Positions 31,084-39,504 of a stretch of DNA of 64,000 bases are shown one piece after another. The notes beneath the pieces are model-generated. The model saw only the letters and a list, made by a program, of their open reading frames with translations. It had not been told where the DNA came from and searched no databases. Made by a program: the position numbers and the translations under genes. Position 1 is the first letter of the stretch, and each line of letters starts with the position of its first letter. Source of the stretch: an uncultured Gemmatimonadales bacterium (GTDB lineage: Bacteria > Gemmatimonadota > Gemmatimonadetes > Gemmatimonadales > GWC2-71-9); contig CAVVKJ010000010.1 in assembly GCA_963748815.1 (NCBI GenBank), forward strand, positions 576,001 through 640,000. The letters are read 5' to 3'.

Positions 31084-31629
31084 TCAGTCCAGGTCAACAA
31101 TGTAGGGTAAGTGCCGGCAGTCCTCGGCGTGGTCCAGCCCGTAGCCGACCAGGAAAGCCGGTGGGGCGTGGAATCCGACGAATCGGAGTTCCGGCGGAGG
31201 CACCGGGGCGATCTGCTTGTCCAGCAAGGTGCAGATGGCCAGACTGGCCGGGTGCCGGGCGCGGAGCAATTCGACCAGCCGCGTCAGCGTCCTCCCGCTA
31301 TCAATTATATCCTCAACGACCACAATATGTTTGCCGGCGAGGTCGGTGGCCGGATCGTAGAGGAGCCGGACGTTGCCGCTCGAGACGGTGCCCGTCCCGT
31401 AGCTGCTCACCACCAGGAAGTCGACCTGGAGCGGCCGCTCGATGGCGCGGGCGAGATCCGCGAGGAAGATGAAGCTTCCCTTGAGGAGTCCCAGGAGCAG
31501 GAGGTCGCCGTCCGGGTAGGCCTCGGTGATCTCCCGGCCCAGCGACGCCACCCGTTCCGCGATCTGCTCGGCGGTGAAGATGACCGACTTCGCCTTGCGC
31601 CCCCCGCTCCGCCGTGCCAGGTCACCCAC
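31084..31629 (-). CDS. hpt: Hypoxanthine phosphoribosyltransferase
   Basis: LLKGSFIFLADL, VSSYG, VVVEDIIDSGRTL, FLVGYGLD; tilS-hpt-ftsH synteny. Confidence 0.95.
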   Translation of the reverse strand: MGDLARRSGGRKAKSVIFTAEQIAERVASLGREITEAYPDGDLLLLGLLKGSFIFLADLARAIERPLQVDFLVVSSYGTGTVSSGNVRLLYDPATDLAGKHIVVVEDIIDSGRTLTRLVELLRARHPASLAICTLLDKQIAPVPPPELRFVGFHAPPAFLVGYGLDHAEDCRHLPYIVDLD

Positions 31630-32996
31630 CGCTCACCTCGATCCGTAGTGCATTGTCACCCGCGCTGGGAAGCGCCCCGGCCCCCCGACAGATCCCTCCG
31701 AGCCAGACGATCGTCCCGTCGATCTCCAGCACCGGCCACCCCGCCCGGCGGCTCCGCGCGATCCGGGCCTCCTGGAGCAGCCGCGCCAGCAGGCGCCGGC
31801 CTCGGCCCCCGAGGGGGAGGAGCCGGTCCCCTGGCATCGGGGCGCGTACGGTGGCCTCTTCCCCGATGAACCAGCCGACCCAGCCGTCGCGCCGGTCGAC
31901 TTGGGGCGCCGGGGCCCGGTTCCACGAGATGCTCCACGGCCCCCATCGCGCCCGGCCCTGCGCCCCATGCAGGTGCAGCGGCGCCGGCGGTTCGGTGACG
32001 CGATGGAAACAGATTCGGCCGAAGGAAAGTTCCGCCCGCCACGGTCCGCCGAGCTCCAGGACGGCCCCGCTCTGCCCCCGCCGCGCCAACTGGAGGAGCC
32101 GATCGGCCCGCGAGGCACCCAGCACGCAGCCGATGCGCCGGGCGGCCGCCCGAAGGAGGGTCGCCGCGAGCGCGGAATCATAGGTGGCCAGCGGGAGCGC
32201 GGCAACGGAAATCCGTTCCGCGGCGCGCTGCGGGTCGAGGCCAGGCAGGGCGTCGAGCGCGGCGTCCCAGGCGAGGCGGTCCACCGCCGCGTGGCGGGCA
32301 AGCCGGAGGATCCGGTCGCTGGTGCCCGGCGCACGCTCGGCGAGCGTCGGCAGCAGTACGGTGCGCACCCACGACCGTTCGTGCACCGGATCGAGGTTGG
32401 CGGGATCCGCCCATCCCGCGATGCCCTTCGACTCGAGCCAGGCTGACCAATTCCGCCTTCCGAAACCCGAGGAGGGGCCGCAACCGGCGGCCCTGTCGCG
32501 GGAGCATCCCCGAGAGTCCGGCGACGCCGCTGCCACCGAGGACGCGCAGCAGGACCGTCTCGACCTGATCGTCGGCGTGGTGCGCCAGCACGATGGCATC
32601 CGCTCCCTCCGAACGCCGGGCCTGCCGGAGCCAGCCGTGGCGCGCGGTGCGGGCGGCGGTTTCGGTGGCGGCCACGCCAAGCTCGAGGCGGCCCACGACC
32701 GCCGCGAGTCCGAGGCGCCCGGCAGCATCGACGACCTGGCGAGCCACCCCGGCGCTGTCGGGGTGAATGCCGTGGTCGACGTGGGCCACGACCAGCTCCA
32801 TCTGGTGCGCGTCACGGGTGTCGTACAGGAGGTGGAGGAGGGCCATGGAATCGGGGCCGCCGGAGACCGCGACCAGGACACGCCGCCATTCGCGCGGGAC
32901 ATCCAACGCCAGCCAGGCGCGTCGGAAGCGCCCGGCGAAGTCGTCGGGTGCGTGCACCGGTACGTCGGTCTGGCGTGGGGATTCGGGGGCGGCCAT
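31622..32996 (-). CDS. tilS: tRNA(Ile)-lysidine synthetase, split by a +1 frameshift at ~32444 (likely sequencing error)
   Basis: AVSGGPDSMAL, AHVDHG, LAHHADDQVET, RPLL in frame 1; WADPANLD...RSWVR and C-terminal PGDRLLPLG...LLQEARI..SRR.GWPV in frame 2. Confidence 0.9.
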
Positions 32997-33037
32997 GGAG
33001 GGAAAGTAGCCTCTGGACGGTCTCGCGGAAGGCGCCG

Positions 33038-34105
33038 TCAGTTGCCGTACCGGTGGACCACCTCACCTTGGGCGTTGAGGACGGCGATCACCGACCCGCC
33101 GGACTCGCGGTACCCGAAGACCTTCACGCTGCCGGGCGTGGTCTGTTGCGGAAGCGGCACCCGCAGCAGCCACCGTTGCACGATCCAGCCGCCACCGGGA
33201 AGTAGGGCGAATGTCAGCACCCCGCCGGCCGTGGTGCCGCGGGCCCATTTCGGCAGGCGGGTGTAGGAAAAGGCGAGCCGCCGCAGTTGCGCCGATTTCT
33301 GGTCGAGCCAGAGCGTGCCCCGGATGTCCACCCGCGCGTCGCGCGCTCCCGGTTCGAAGGCCAGGCCGACCCAGTCGGCAGGCTCCCCTTCTCCAGGCGG
33401 CACGGTCCAGAAGCAGTGCCCCGCGAAGAACGGCTCCGACAGGAGAAACTCCGGGTCGGGGCCGTACCAGGTCGGGCCATCCACCAAGTCATCGAGGTTC
33501 TCGACGAACCCGACCGCGAGGAGGGTGTCGGGTGACGGGGCGCGCACCGGCCACGAACTGATGTTCAGTTCGTTCAACTCCATCACGTTGGTGACGTTGC
33601 CGATGCGGTCGATGTTGCGGTTCTCCAGCGCGGTCTCGAACCGGTAGGACCGCGACCGCACCGTCTGCGCGGTGATCTCGAGGGCGGTGCCGGCCTGGAG
33701 CCAGAGCGCCGAGGAGAGGGTGTCACCCCGGGCCCGGTCGCCGCACATCGAGGTGCCGGCCACGGCGATTTCCGGGAGCGCGACGGGCGCGCCGGCCAGC
33801 CGCAGCGTCCGGTCGACCGACTCCCCCGCCGGGAGCCGCAGGTCGGAGTCGAAGGGGAGGTACCCGATGCGGAGCACCCGCAGACGATAGGCGCCGGCCG
33901 CCGGCGCACGAAGCGCGAACCGTCCCTCGTCGCCGGTCACCACCTGGGCGACGCGCTTGCCGGAGGGATTCTCCAGGACGACGAGCGCGCCGACGACGGG
34001 GACGTCCGAGTCCGCCTCGAGCAGGCGGCCGCGGACGCCCTGGGCACGGAGGGCGCCGATCGGAATGAGCAGGAGAACCAGGAGCGGGATTAACCGGGAT
34101 GCCAT
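33038..34105 (-). CDS. Exported protein with carboxypeptidase-regulatory-like N-terminal domain (paralog 1 of 3)
   Basis: Signal peptide MASRLIPLLVLLLIPIGALRAQ; VRGRLL...PVVGALVVL...TGDEGRFAL...YRLRVLRIGY. Confidence 0.82.
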   Translation of the reverse strand: MASRLIPLLVLLLIPIGALRAQGVRGRLLEADSDVPVVGALVVLENPSGKRVAQVVTGDEGRFALRAPAAGAYRLRVLRIGYLPFDSDLRLPAGESVDRTLRLAGAPVALPEIAVAGTSMCGDRARGDTLSSALWLQAGTALEITAQTVRSRSYRFETALENRNIDRIGNVTNVMELNELNISSWPVRAPSPDTLLAVGFVENLDDLVDGPTWYGPDPEFLLSEPFFAGHCFWTVPPGEGEPADWVGLAFEPGARDARVDIRGTLWLDQKSAQLRRLAFSYTRLPKWARGTTAGGVLTFALLPGGGWIVQRWLLRVPLPQQTTPGSVKVFGYRESGGSVIAVLNAQGEVVHRYGN

Positions 34106-34177
34106 GAGGACCAACCTGTCAGGCGGACGGCGCGAATTCAACTCGGCGGGTCGCCGTGCTGACCAAACTCGCGCGGG

Positions 34178-35263
34178 TTACTCGCCGAACCGCACCACCA
34201 CCTCGCGCGAGGGGCTTTGGACCTGGTAGACGTACCCTGAATACTGCCAGTAACTCCATCGACTCCCCTTCCTGTCGGCTCCCGCCGGGTGGCGCCAGTT
34301 CCAGCTCTGGGCAAACCACCCTCCCGCGGGAAGCTGCACCAGGTCGACCCACCCGCCCGCATCGAGGCCGCGCGCCCATTCGGGAAGGTCCGAGTACGCC
34401 CACTCCAGTCGGCGCGGCTCGAGCGAAGCGCGATCCAGCCAGATTACACCCTGCACTGCCGATCCGCCTGGGCTGCCTGGATCCGCCGGACGATACGCGA
34501 TGCCGATCCAGTCGTGGTGTGTCGAGTCCGCCCAGGAGAGAATCGGCGCCGCGCCCGGGCCCACAGGGCGAAGGCAATAGGCGTCGAGGAACGCCTCGGC
34601 GAGGAAGAAGCCCGGGTCCGGCCCAAGCCAGTCGGGAAATTGATTGCGACTCTGGCCATTCCGTATGAAATCATCCGGCTTCCAAGGGTCACCGCCCGGA
34701 GCCCAGATCGGCCAGGGATCGGAATATTCGCGGTCGCCCTGCCGGGGGCGCGGCACCGCGGGCGGCATCCACCCCTCCGTCTTGGCGTAGGCCTGGAAGT
34801 AGTACCGGCTCCGCAAGACCGGCATTGCGGTCAGGCTCAGGCCGATGCGTGCCTGCTGCCAGAGCAGGGCCACATCAGGATCCTCCAGGGCCGACTTGCC
34901 GCACACAAATTCAGTCGCGGGGCCGATGGTGGGCGACACGACGCGTGAGCCGGTCGGCGTGAGGACCAGGCTGACGCCCTGGCCATCGGATAGCTCCCCA
35001 CGCATCTGCGACACGGTGTATCCAATGCGCTGAATCTGCAGCAGGTAGCGCCCCGCCCCAGGAGCTCCGAGCGTCAACGCACCCGTTGCGTCGCTCGCGC
35101 CCGAGGCGACCTCGGCGTTCGCCGAGTCCGTCATGACCACGAAGGCGCCGACGATGGGCACCGTCGTGTCAGGTTGCACCAGGCGCAGGTTCAGAGTCTG
35201 GGCGTGCAGGCCGCCCGCCAGTGCGAGGAGCGCCGGGAGCGGCCGCAGGGAGCGGCAGGTCAT
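34178..35263 (-). CDS. Exported protein with carboxypeptidase-regulatory-like domain (paralog 2 of 3)
   Basis: ATG 35263; LLALAGGLHAQ signal; PIVGAFVVM...SDATGAL...YLLQIQRIGY; shares C-terminal motifs with its neighbours. Confidence 0.78.
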   Translation of the reverse strand: MTCRSLRPLPALLALAGGLHAQTLNLRLVQPDTTVPIVGAFVVMTDSANAEVASGASDATGALTLGAPGAGRYLLQIQRIGYTVSQMRGELSDGQGVSLVLTPTGSRVVSPTIGPATEFVCGKSALEDPDVALLWQQARIGLSLTAMPVLRSRYYFQAYAKTEGWMPPAVPRPRQGDREYSDPWPIWAPGGDPWKPDDFIRNGQSRNQFPDWLGPDPGFFLAEAFLDAYCLRPVGPGAAPILSWADSTHHDWIGIAYRPADPGSPGGSAVQGVIWLDRASLEPRRLEWAYSDLPEWARGLDAGGWVDLVQLPAGGWFAQSWNWRHPAGADRKGSRWSYWQYSGYVYQVQSPSREVVVRFGE

Positions 35264-36222
35264 CGGTACCGATACTCCACGAGGACCTCGCCAGAGGTAT
35301 CCAAGACTCGGAGAACTTCGCCACCCCGGATCAGGGTCCGCGCGATGCCGGAGGTGTACCGGTCCGGATCCACCCTGGGCACGGGGGTCTTCATGATCCA
35401 CTGGCGAGGAAAGGCGGCACCATCCGCCAGACCGGAGAGATCCACGCGCCCCCCGGCGAACGACCCGGCGGCCCACCTCCCGCCGCCGGTCGGGCCCCTG
35501 GCCCAGCTCGGCAGGTTCAGGTACCGCCACTCAATCACGCGCAGCTCCGCCGACTGCGGGTCGAACCAGAGGACACCGCGGATCAGGTTGCGCGGGCCGG
35601 AATCTTCCGGCCGGAACTCCAGCCCAACCCAGCCGTCCGGCACGGCGGGATAGTACCAGGCGAGGACCGGCGTCACATCTGAATCGACCACTCGGAAGCA
35701 GAACTGGTCGGCGAATTCTCCAGAAAGGAAGAACGCGACATCCGGTCCGTAGAACGTGGGCCCGTTCCAGGTGTCTTCCGCGTTGGCAACGAATCCGGAA
35801 ATGCGCAGCGACTCGGGGGGCGGGGGCGCTATCGGCCAGGCGGTGAGTGCGTTCTCCTCCGTCCCGGGGAAGGGACGCTGGGCCCAGTAGGCATGGGACC
35901 CAAAGTACCCCTCGGGGTCGTACAACCACCAGGCGTTGGCGGCGTACTGGTAACCCCCGCTGGCAAGCGATCGGTCGACGGCTTCGAGAGTGTGGCGCGC
36001 CCGTGCGGAGAGTAATGCGAGTTCCGGATTTGCCGACGCCTCGGCCCCGCAGGCCCATTTTCCCTGGTGGTCCACAATGGACAGTACGACATCGCTGCCG
36101 GGGACCTCGGCGGCTTGTGCCCGCAGACCACAAGGAATGAGTAGGACGAACAGAACACACACACCGCGATGGGATCGCATAAAACTCAATGTGAGGAGTT
36201 GCGGTGAGGAGCGCAAGTTCAT
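35260..36222 (-). CDS. Exported paralog 3 lacking the N-terminal beta-sandwich (start 36222 or 36180)
   Basis: VCVLFVLLIPCGLRAQ signal; WPIAPP, GPTFYGPD..FFLS..F...FCF, GWVGLEF.P, IRGVLWFD, LPSWARG shared with paralogs 1 and 2. Confidence 0.72.
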   Translation of the reverse strand: MNLRSSPQLLTLSFMRSHRGVCVLFVLLIPCGLRAQAAEVPGSDVVLSIVDHQGKWACGAEASANPELALLSARARHTLEAVDRSLASGGYQYAANAWWLYDPEGYFGSHAYWAQRPFPGTEENALTAWPIAPPPPESLRISGFVANAEDTWNGPTFYGPDVAFFLSGEFADQFCFRVVDSDVTPVLAWYYPAVPDGWVGLEFRPEDSGPRNLIRGVLWFDPQSAELRVIEWRYLNLPSWARGPTGGGRWAAGSFAGGRVDLSGLADGAAFPRQWIMKTPVPRVDPDRYTSGIARTLIRGGEVLRVLDTSGEVLVEYRYR

Positions 36223-37181
36223 CGCGCCGGAGCGGAGACGAATCCCTTCCCCGTCGGCGACCACCGCCACTTCACCGCCCGCCCCTCGAGGTGCACTCCC
36301 CCGATCCATCGATCCACTCCGTTGACTTCCACGTGGTCGAACCGGCCCGCCAGCGCGTCGCCGCCGGCCAGGGTGAGTTCGAGTTCCTTCCGCTCGCGAC
36401 CCCGATACCGGATCGGCGGGACCGTGGCCTCGGCGAGGCGGGACACCTGCCATCCAAAGACGAGGTCGCCCAGGAACTCCGCCTCCTCCCGCTCGAGATG
36501 CGCGGCGCGGAAGAGTTTCCCGAACGGGAGGGGGCCATCGGCGAGGGCGCGAAGGATCTGCCGTTCCGTGCGGGAGAGGCCATCCGCCGTTCCGGGATAC
36601 TCCTCCAGCATCCGTGTGAGCGCGCCGGAAAGATGCGGGAGCGACGATTGGGGGATCAGGGCGCGGTCGGCCAGTGCGGCCGGATCGGGCGACCGGAACT
36701 CCCGCCAGGTGGTTGCCGCGAGGCCCAGCACCACGGGGGTCACCTCGCGCCGAGCCGCAAAGAGTTCGCGCATCCGCGGCGCCGATTGCATCCCCAGAAA
36801 CTCGCCGGGGTTGATGAGCGACAGGCGCACCGGCCCCGTGTCGGTCGCGGAAAACCAGTCGAGGACCTGCAGTAGTTGCAACTGGTCGTAGAGGTCGTGT
36901 TCGAACCAGAGCACGACTTCGGCGTACGCCCGAAAGCCGGAGAGCATCGCGTCGCGCCACCGAAGCCGGGGGAGCGCCTGGGCCGGGTCGTCCCAGCCCG
37001 CCCCTCCGATGAACGCCGCCCGCACCGCCGTCAGGTCGTCGAGCGAGAGTCCCGCCGGGACCGGCCCCTCGTGCAGCACATCGCGCCAGGGGAGCACGCT
37101 ACCGCCGACGCCCGACTCGAGGATGCGCTCGGCGGCCGCGTCACCATTCGTGATGTGCAGTCGTTCAGGGCTCGCGGGCAT
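36219..37181 (-). CDS. DUF1835-domain protein
   Basis: LHITNGDAA, LPWRDVLHEGPVP, VVLWFEHDLYDQLQL, GLSRTERQIL, FLGD, NGVDRWIGGV. Confidence 0.82.
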   Translation of the reverse strand: MPASPERLHITNGDAAAERILESGVGGSVLPWRDVLHEGPVPAGLSLDDLTAVRAAFIGGAGWDDPAQALPRLRWRDAMLSGFRAYAEVVLWFEHDLYDQLQLLQVLDWFSATDTGPVRLSLINPGEFLGMQSAPRMRELFAARREVTPVVLGLAATTWREFRSPDPAALADRALIPQSSLPHLSGALTRMLEEYPGTADGLSRTERQILRALADGPLPFGKLFRAAHLEREEAEFLGDLVFGWQVSRLAEATVPPIRYRGRERKELELTLAGGDALAGRFDHVEVNGVDRWIGGVHLEGRAVKWRWSPTGKGFVSAPAR

Positions 37182-37701
37182 ACAGGCCGTCGAATGCCGT
37201 CGTCCAGGTGGCGCCGCCGTCAGTCGAGGACTCCCAGTGCTGGCGCACCTTCCCGTCGACCAGCGGCGTCCAGGTGACCCTCTCCGAAGTGATGACACCT
37301 GGCTGACCGGGGGTGCCGTGCGCCCCCCAGAGGACCATCTCCTTGCCCACCAGCTTGCCCTTCAATTCGAGGAGGTTTCCGCCGGCGTCCATCCATACCT
37401 GCCGCCAGGTGCTGTCGGCGGCGTTCCACATGTTCAGGCTGGTGCCGTCCCCGCCGTTCGAGCTCCGCCAGTGCTCCTGCAGCACGCACCCGCCCAGGAG
37501 CGATTCGATCCGGTTGGTGCCGGCCAGCTTCCCCTTCGGGGTGGTCACCGACCAGGCACCAATCCAGAAGTCGAACTGGCGATATTCCGGCGCGACGCAG
37601 CCCTGCTGGCCCTGGGCGTGGGCAGGCGGCGCTGCAACGAGGATGAGGAGGAGTCCGGGCAGGAACAGGAGACGGCGGACGAGAAACGGGACAGCTGGCA
37701 T
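37165..37701 (-). CDS. Exported beta-barrel-like conserved protein (DUF1579-like)
   Basis: Signal peptide ending PAHAQ; C..PEYRQFDFWIG.W, GCVLQEHW, WRQVWMD, STDGGATW...FDGLY. Confidence 0.75.
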   Translation of the reverse strand: MPAVPFLVRRLLFLPGLLLILVAAPPAHAQGQQGCVAPEYRQFDFWIGAWSVTTPKGKLAGTNRIESLLGGCVLQEHWRSSNGGDGTSLNMWNAADSTWRQVWMDAGGNLLELKGKLVGKEMVLWGAHGTPGQPGVITSERVTWTPLVDGKVRQHWESSTDGGATWTTAFDGLYAREP

Positions 37702-37778
37702 GGGCGGCTCGTTCGTAGGGAGGGATGAGGGGGACTCCCTCCCCTACGCGCGCCAGGGAACCGCGGTTTCCTGCCTGG

Positions 37779-38111
37779 TCACCACTCTCCGCGGCGCTTC
37801 CGTCGCAGGTAGACGTACCAGACGCTCAGGAAGCTGCCGGCGTTGCCGACGAAGGTCCCGAGGTTCACGAGGGCCCACCCGACATTGGGCGTCTCGGCGT
37901 GGAACCCCGAGGCAGCGATCACGAGGCCAACCAGCTGAAATCCGCAGAACCAGAGGAGGGCGATCAGGAAGGAGCGGCGCCGGACGGCGTCCGCCTTGAG
38001 ATCGGCCGCCTGTCGCCGCGAATGGAAGACGGGATCGTCTTCCGCACGCGGCGGCCGGCGGGGCGTCGCTACTTCTTGGCGTAAACGCTGGTCTTGCCGG
38101 TCTTGTCCCAC
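37779..38111 (-). CDS. Hypothetical two-TM membrane protein (start uncertain)
   Basis: Hydrophobic segments FLIALLWFCGFQLVGLVIAA and WALVNLGTFVGNAGSFLSVWYVYL, ending RRKRRGEW; fills the gap. Confidence 0.55.
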   Translation of the reverse strand: MGQDRQDQRLRQEVATPRRPPRAEDDPVFHSRRQAADLKADAVRRRSFLIALLWFCGFQLVGLVIAASGFHAETPNVGWALVNLGTFVGNAGSFLSVWYVYLRRKRRGEW

Positions 38112-38539
38112 GACATCACGTCATAGTGTTGGACCGGACTGCCGGGCATTCCCGGCGAACCGGTCGGCATCCCGGCCACCCCGATCCCGGCGATCTTCGG
38201 TTGCTCCTTCAGCATCCGGCTGATCGCGTCGGCCGGCACGTGGCCCTCGATGACGTATCCGCCGACGACCGCTGTGTGGCAGGTCTGGATGGCGCGCGGC
38301 ACCCCCGAGGCGGCCTTGATTTCGCTCAAGTCGTCCATGTCGACCGTCTTGACCTCAAACCCGTTTGCCTTCAGATAGTCCACCCAGAGCTGGCAGCATC
38401 CACAGGAAGGGGACTTGTACACCGTGATGGTCGAACTGACCGCAGGTGCGGCCGGTGGCGCCGGGCGGTTCGCGGCGGCGCCAAGCGCGACCACCGCGAC
38501 GAGGGCGCCGATGGCGGGGACGATCCGGGAGAATCTCAT
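38069..38539 (-). CDS. DUF411 periplasmic metal-binding protein (CopG-like)
   Basis: Signal peptide; VYKSPSCGCC..W, TCHTA.VGGYVIEGHVPA, GMP.GSPGM. ATG at 38539. Confidence 0.9.
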   Translation of the reverse strand: MRFSRIVPAIGALVAVVALGAAANRPAPPAAPAVSSTITVYKSPSCGCCQLWVDYLKANGFEVKTVDMDDLSEIKAASGVPRAIQTCHTAVVGGYVIEGHVPADAISRMLKEQPKIAGIGVAGMPTGSPGMPGSPVQHYDVMSWDKTGKTSVYAKK

Positions 38540-38568
38540 GACAACCTCACATCCTTGTAATCGAAGGG

Positions 38569-38697
38569 CTAACGCGTCGACTCGCGGCTCTCGGCGTCGC
38601 GGCGATGCCACTCGAACACCATCCCCCGGAAGAGCAAGAAGCCGAAACACCAGACGGCGACGGCGACGATGACCGGCCCGTAGAACGTGACGGACAT
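38569..38697 (-). CDS. 42-aa single-TM small protein (below the ORF-track cutoff)
   Basis: Manual translation MSVTFYGPVIVAVAVWCFGFLLFRGMVFEWHRRDAESRESTR*; AGGGG upstream of ATG; fills the intergenic gap. Confidence 0.55.
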   Translation of the reverse strand: MSVTFYGPVIVAVAVWCFGFLLFRGMVFEWHRRDAESRESTR

Positions 38698-38740
38698 GGA
38701 GATCCCCTGGAGTAAGAGCGGACTTCAGATACTAACAAAC

Positions 38741-39217
38741 TCACCCGCCCTCGGCCAGCGCCTGGAGCGCCGAGAGGTGTTCCTCAAGCAATTCGGAAGT
38801 CACCGCCTCCACCTTCCGGCGCGGGATCACCGTGCCGAGCGCGAGTCCGTGGACCGACGCCTGACAGATGACCTCGGTGGCCCGGCGCCCCCCGTTGGTG
38901 AAGGCATACCCGATATCGAGCTGGAAGAGCGAGTGGTGCACCACGACCGCCAGCCGGGACGGGGCGTCGAATACCGTCACTTCGCCCCGGCACGCCGAGG
39001 GAACGAGCCCGATCTTCACCCGCTGCACGAAGGTCGCGCCGAGCGCGAATCCCCCCGGGCCGCCGTCGGGCGCCTTCACGCTCCTGAGGCCGTGCACCCA
39101 TTGCATCAGGGCGTCCGGCTCCTCCACCAGTCGCCAGACGCGGTCCCGCGGGGCGGCGATCAGCACCCGGTGTTCCAGCTGGTGCGCCCCGGAGGATGCG
39201 GCCCGTCCAGCGGTCAC
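38741..39217 (-). CDS. SRPBCC/START-domain protein
   Basis: HRVLIAAPRDRVWRLVEEPD...W, LGATF, C-terminal helix HLSALQALAEG. Confidence 0.8.
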   Translation of the reverse strand: MTAGRAASSGAHQLEHRVLIAAPRDRVWRLVEEPDALMQWVHGLRSVKAPDGGPGGFALGATFVQRVKIGLVPSACRGEVTVFDAPSRLAVVVHHSLFQLDIGYAFTNGGRRATEVICQASVHGLALGTVIPRRKVEAVTSELLEEHLSALQALAEGG

Positions 39218-39477
39218 AGCGACCGGCGGATACGGGCGAACCCGTCGCGAATCTCTTCGCCGAGCAGCTTCGCCGCCGCGCCGACATCCTCCATCACGTC
39301 GCCGGCCTCGTCGCCTGCCTTGTCAAGCCGACCGCGCAGCTCCGCAATCCGCCCCTCCAGCTTATCCCACTCCTCGCGCGCCTCGGCCTTGCCGAGGTGC
39401 ACCCGCACCTTCAACTCGTCTCGCTCCTGCTCGAGCTTCGCCAGCATCTCGGTCAGGCGCTCGCGCATCGTGGTCAT
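39214..39477 (-). CDS. Conserved hypothetical coiled-coil protein
   Basis: LEQERDELKVRVHLGKAEAREEWDKLE...GEEIRDGFARIR; GAGGA SD. Confidence 0.8.
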   Translation of the reverse strand: MTTMRERLTEMLAKLEQERDELKVRVHLGKAEAREEWDKLEGRIAELRGRLDKAGDEAGDVMEDVGAAAKLLGEEIRDGFARIRRSL

Positions 39478-39504
39478 TGATCCGTCCTCGTGGTCAGGGT
39501 GTCT

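Noticed and set aside
33038..36222. Diversity-generating retroelement or recombination cassettes among the paralog triplets
   Set aside because: No reverse transcriptase or recombinase is present, and I saw no near-identical template/variable repeat pair differing only at adenines; similarity is at the protein-motif level.
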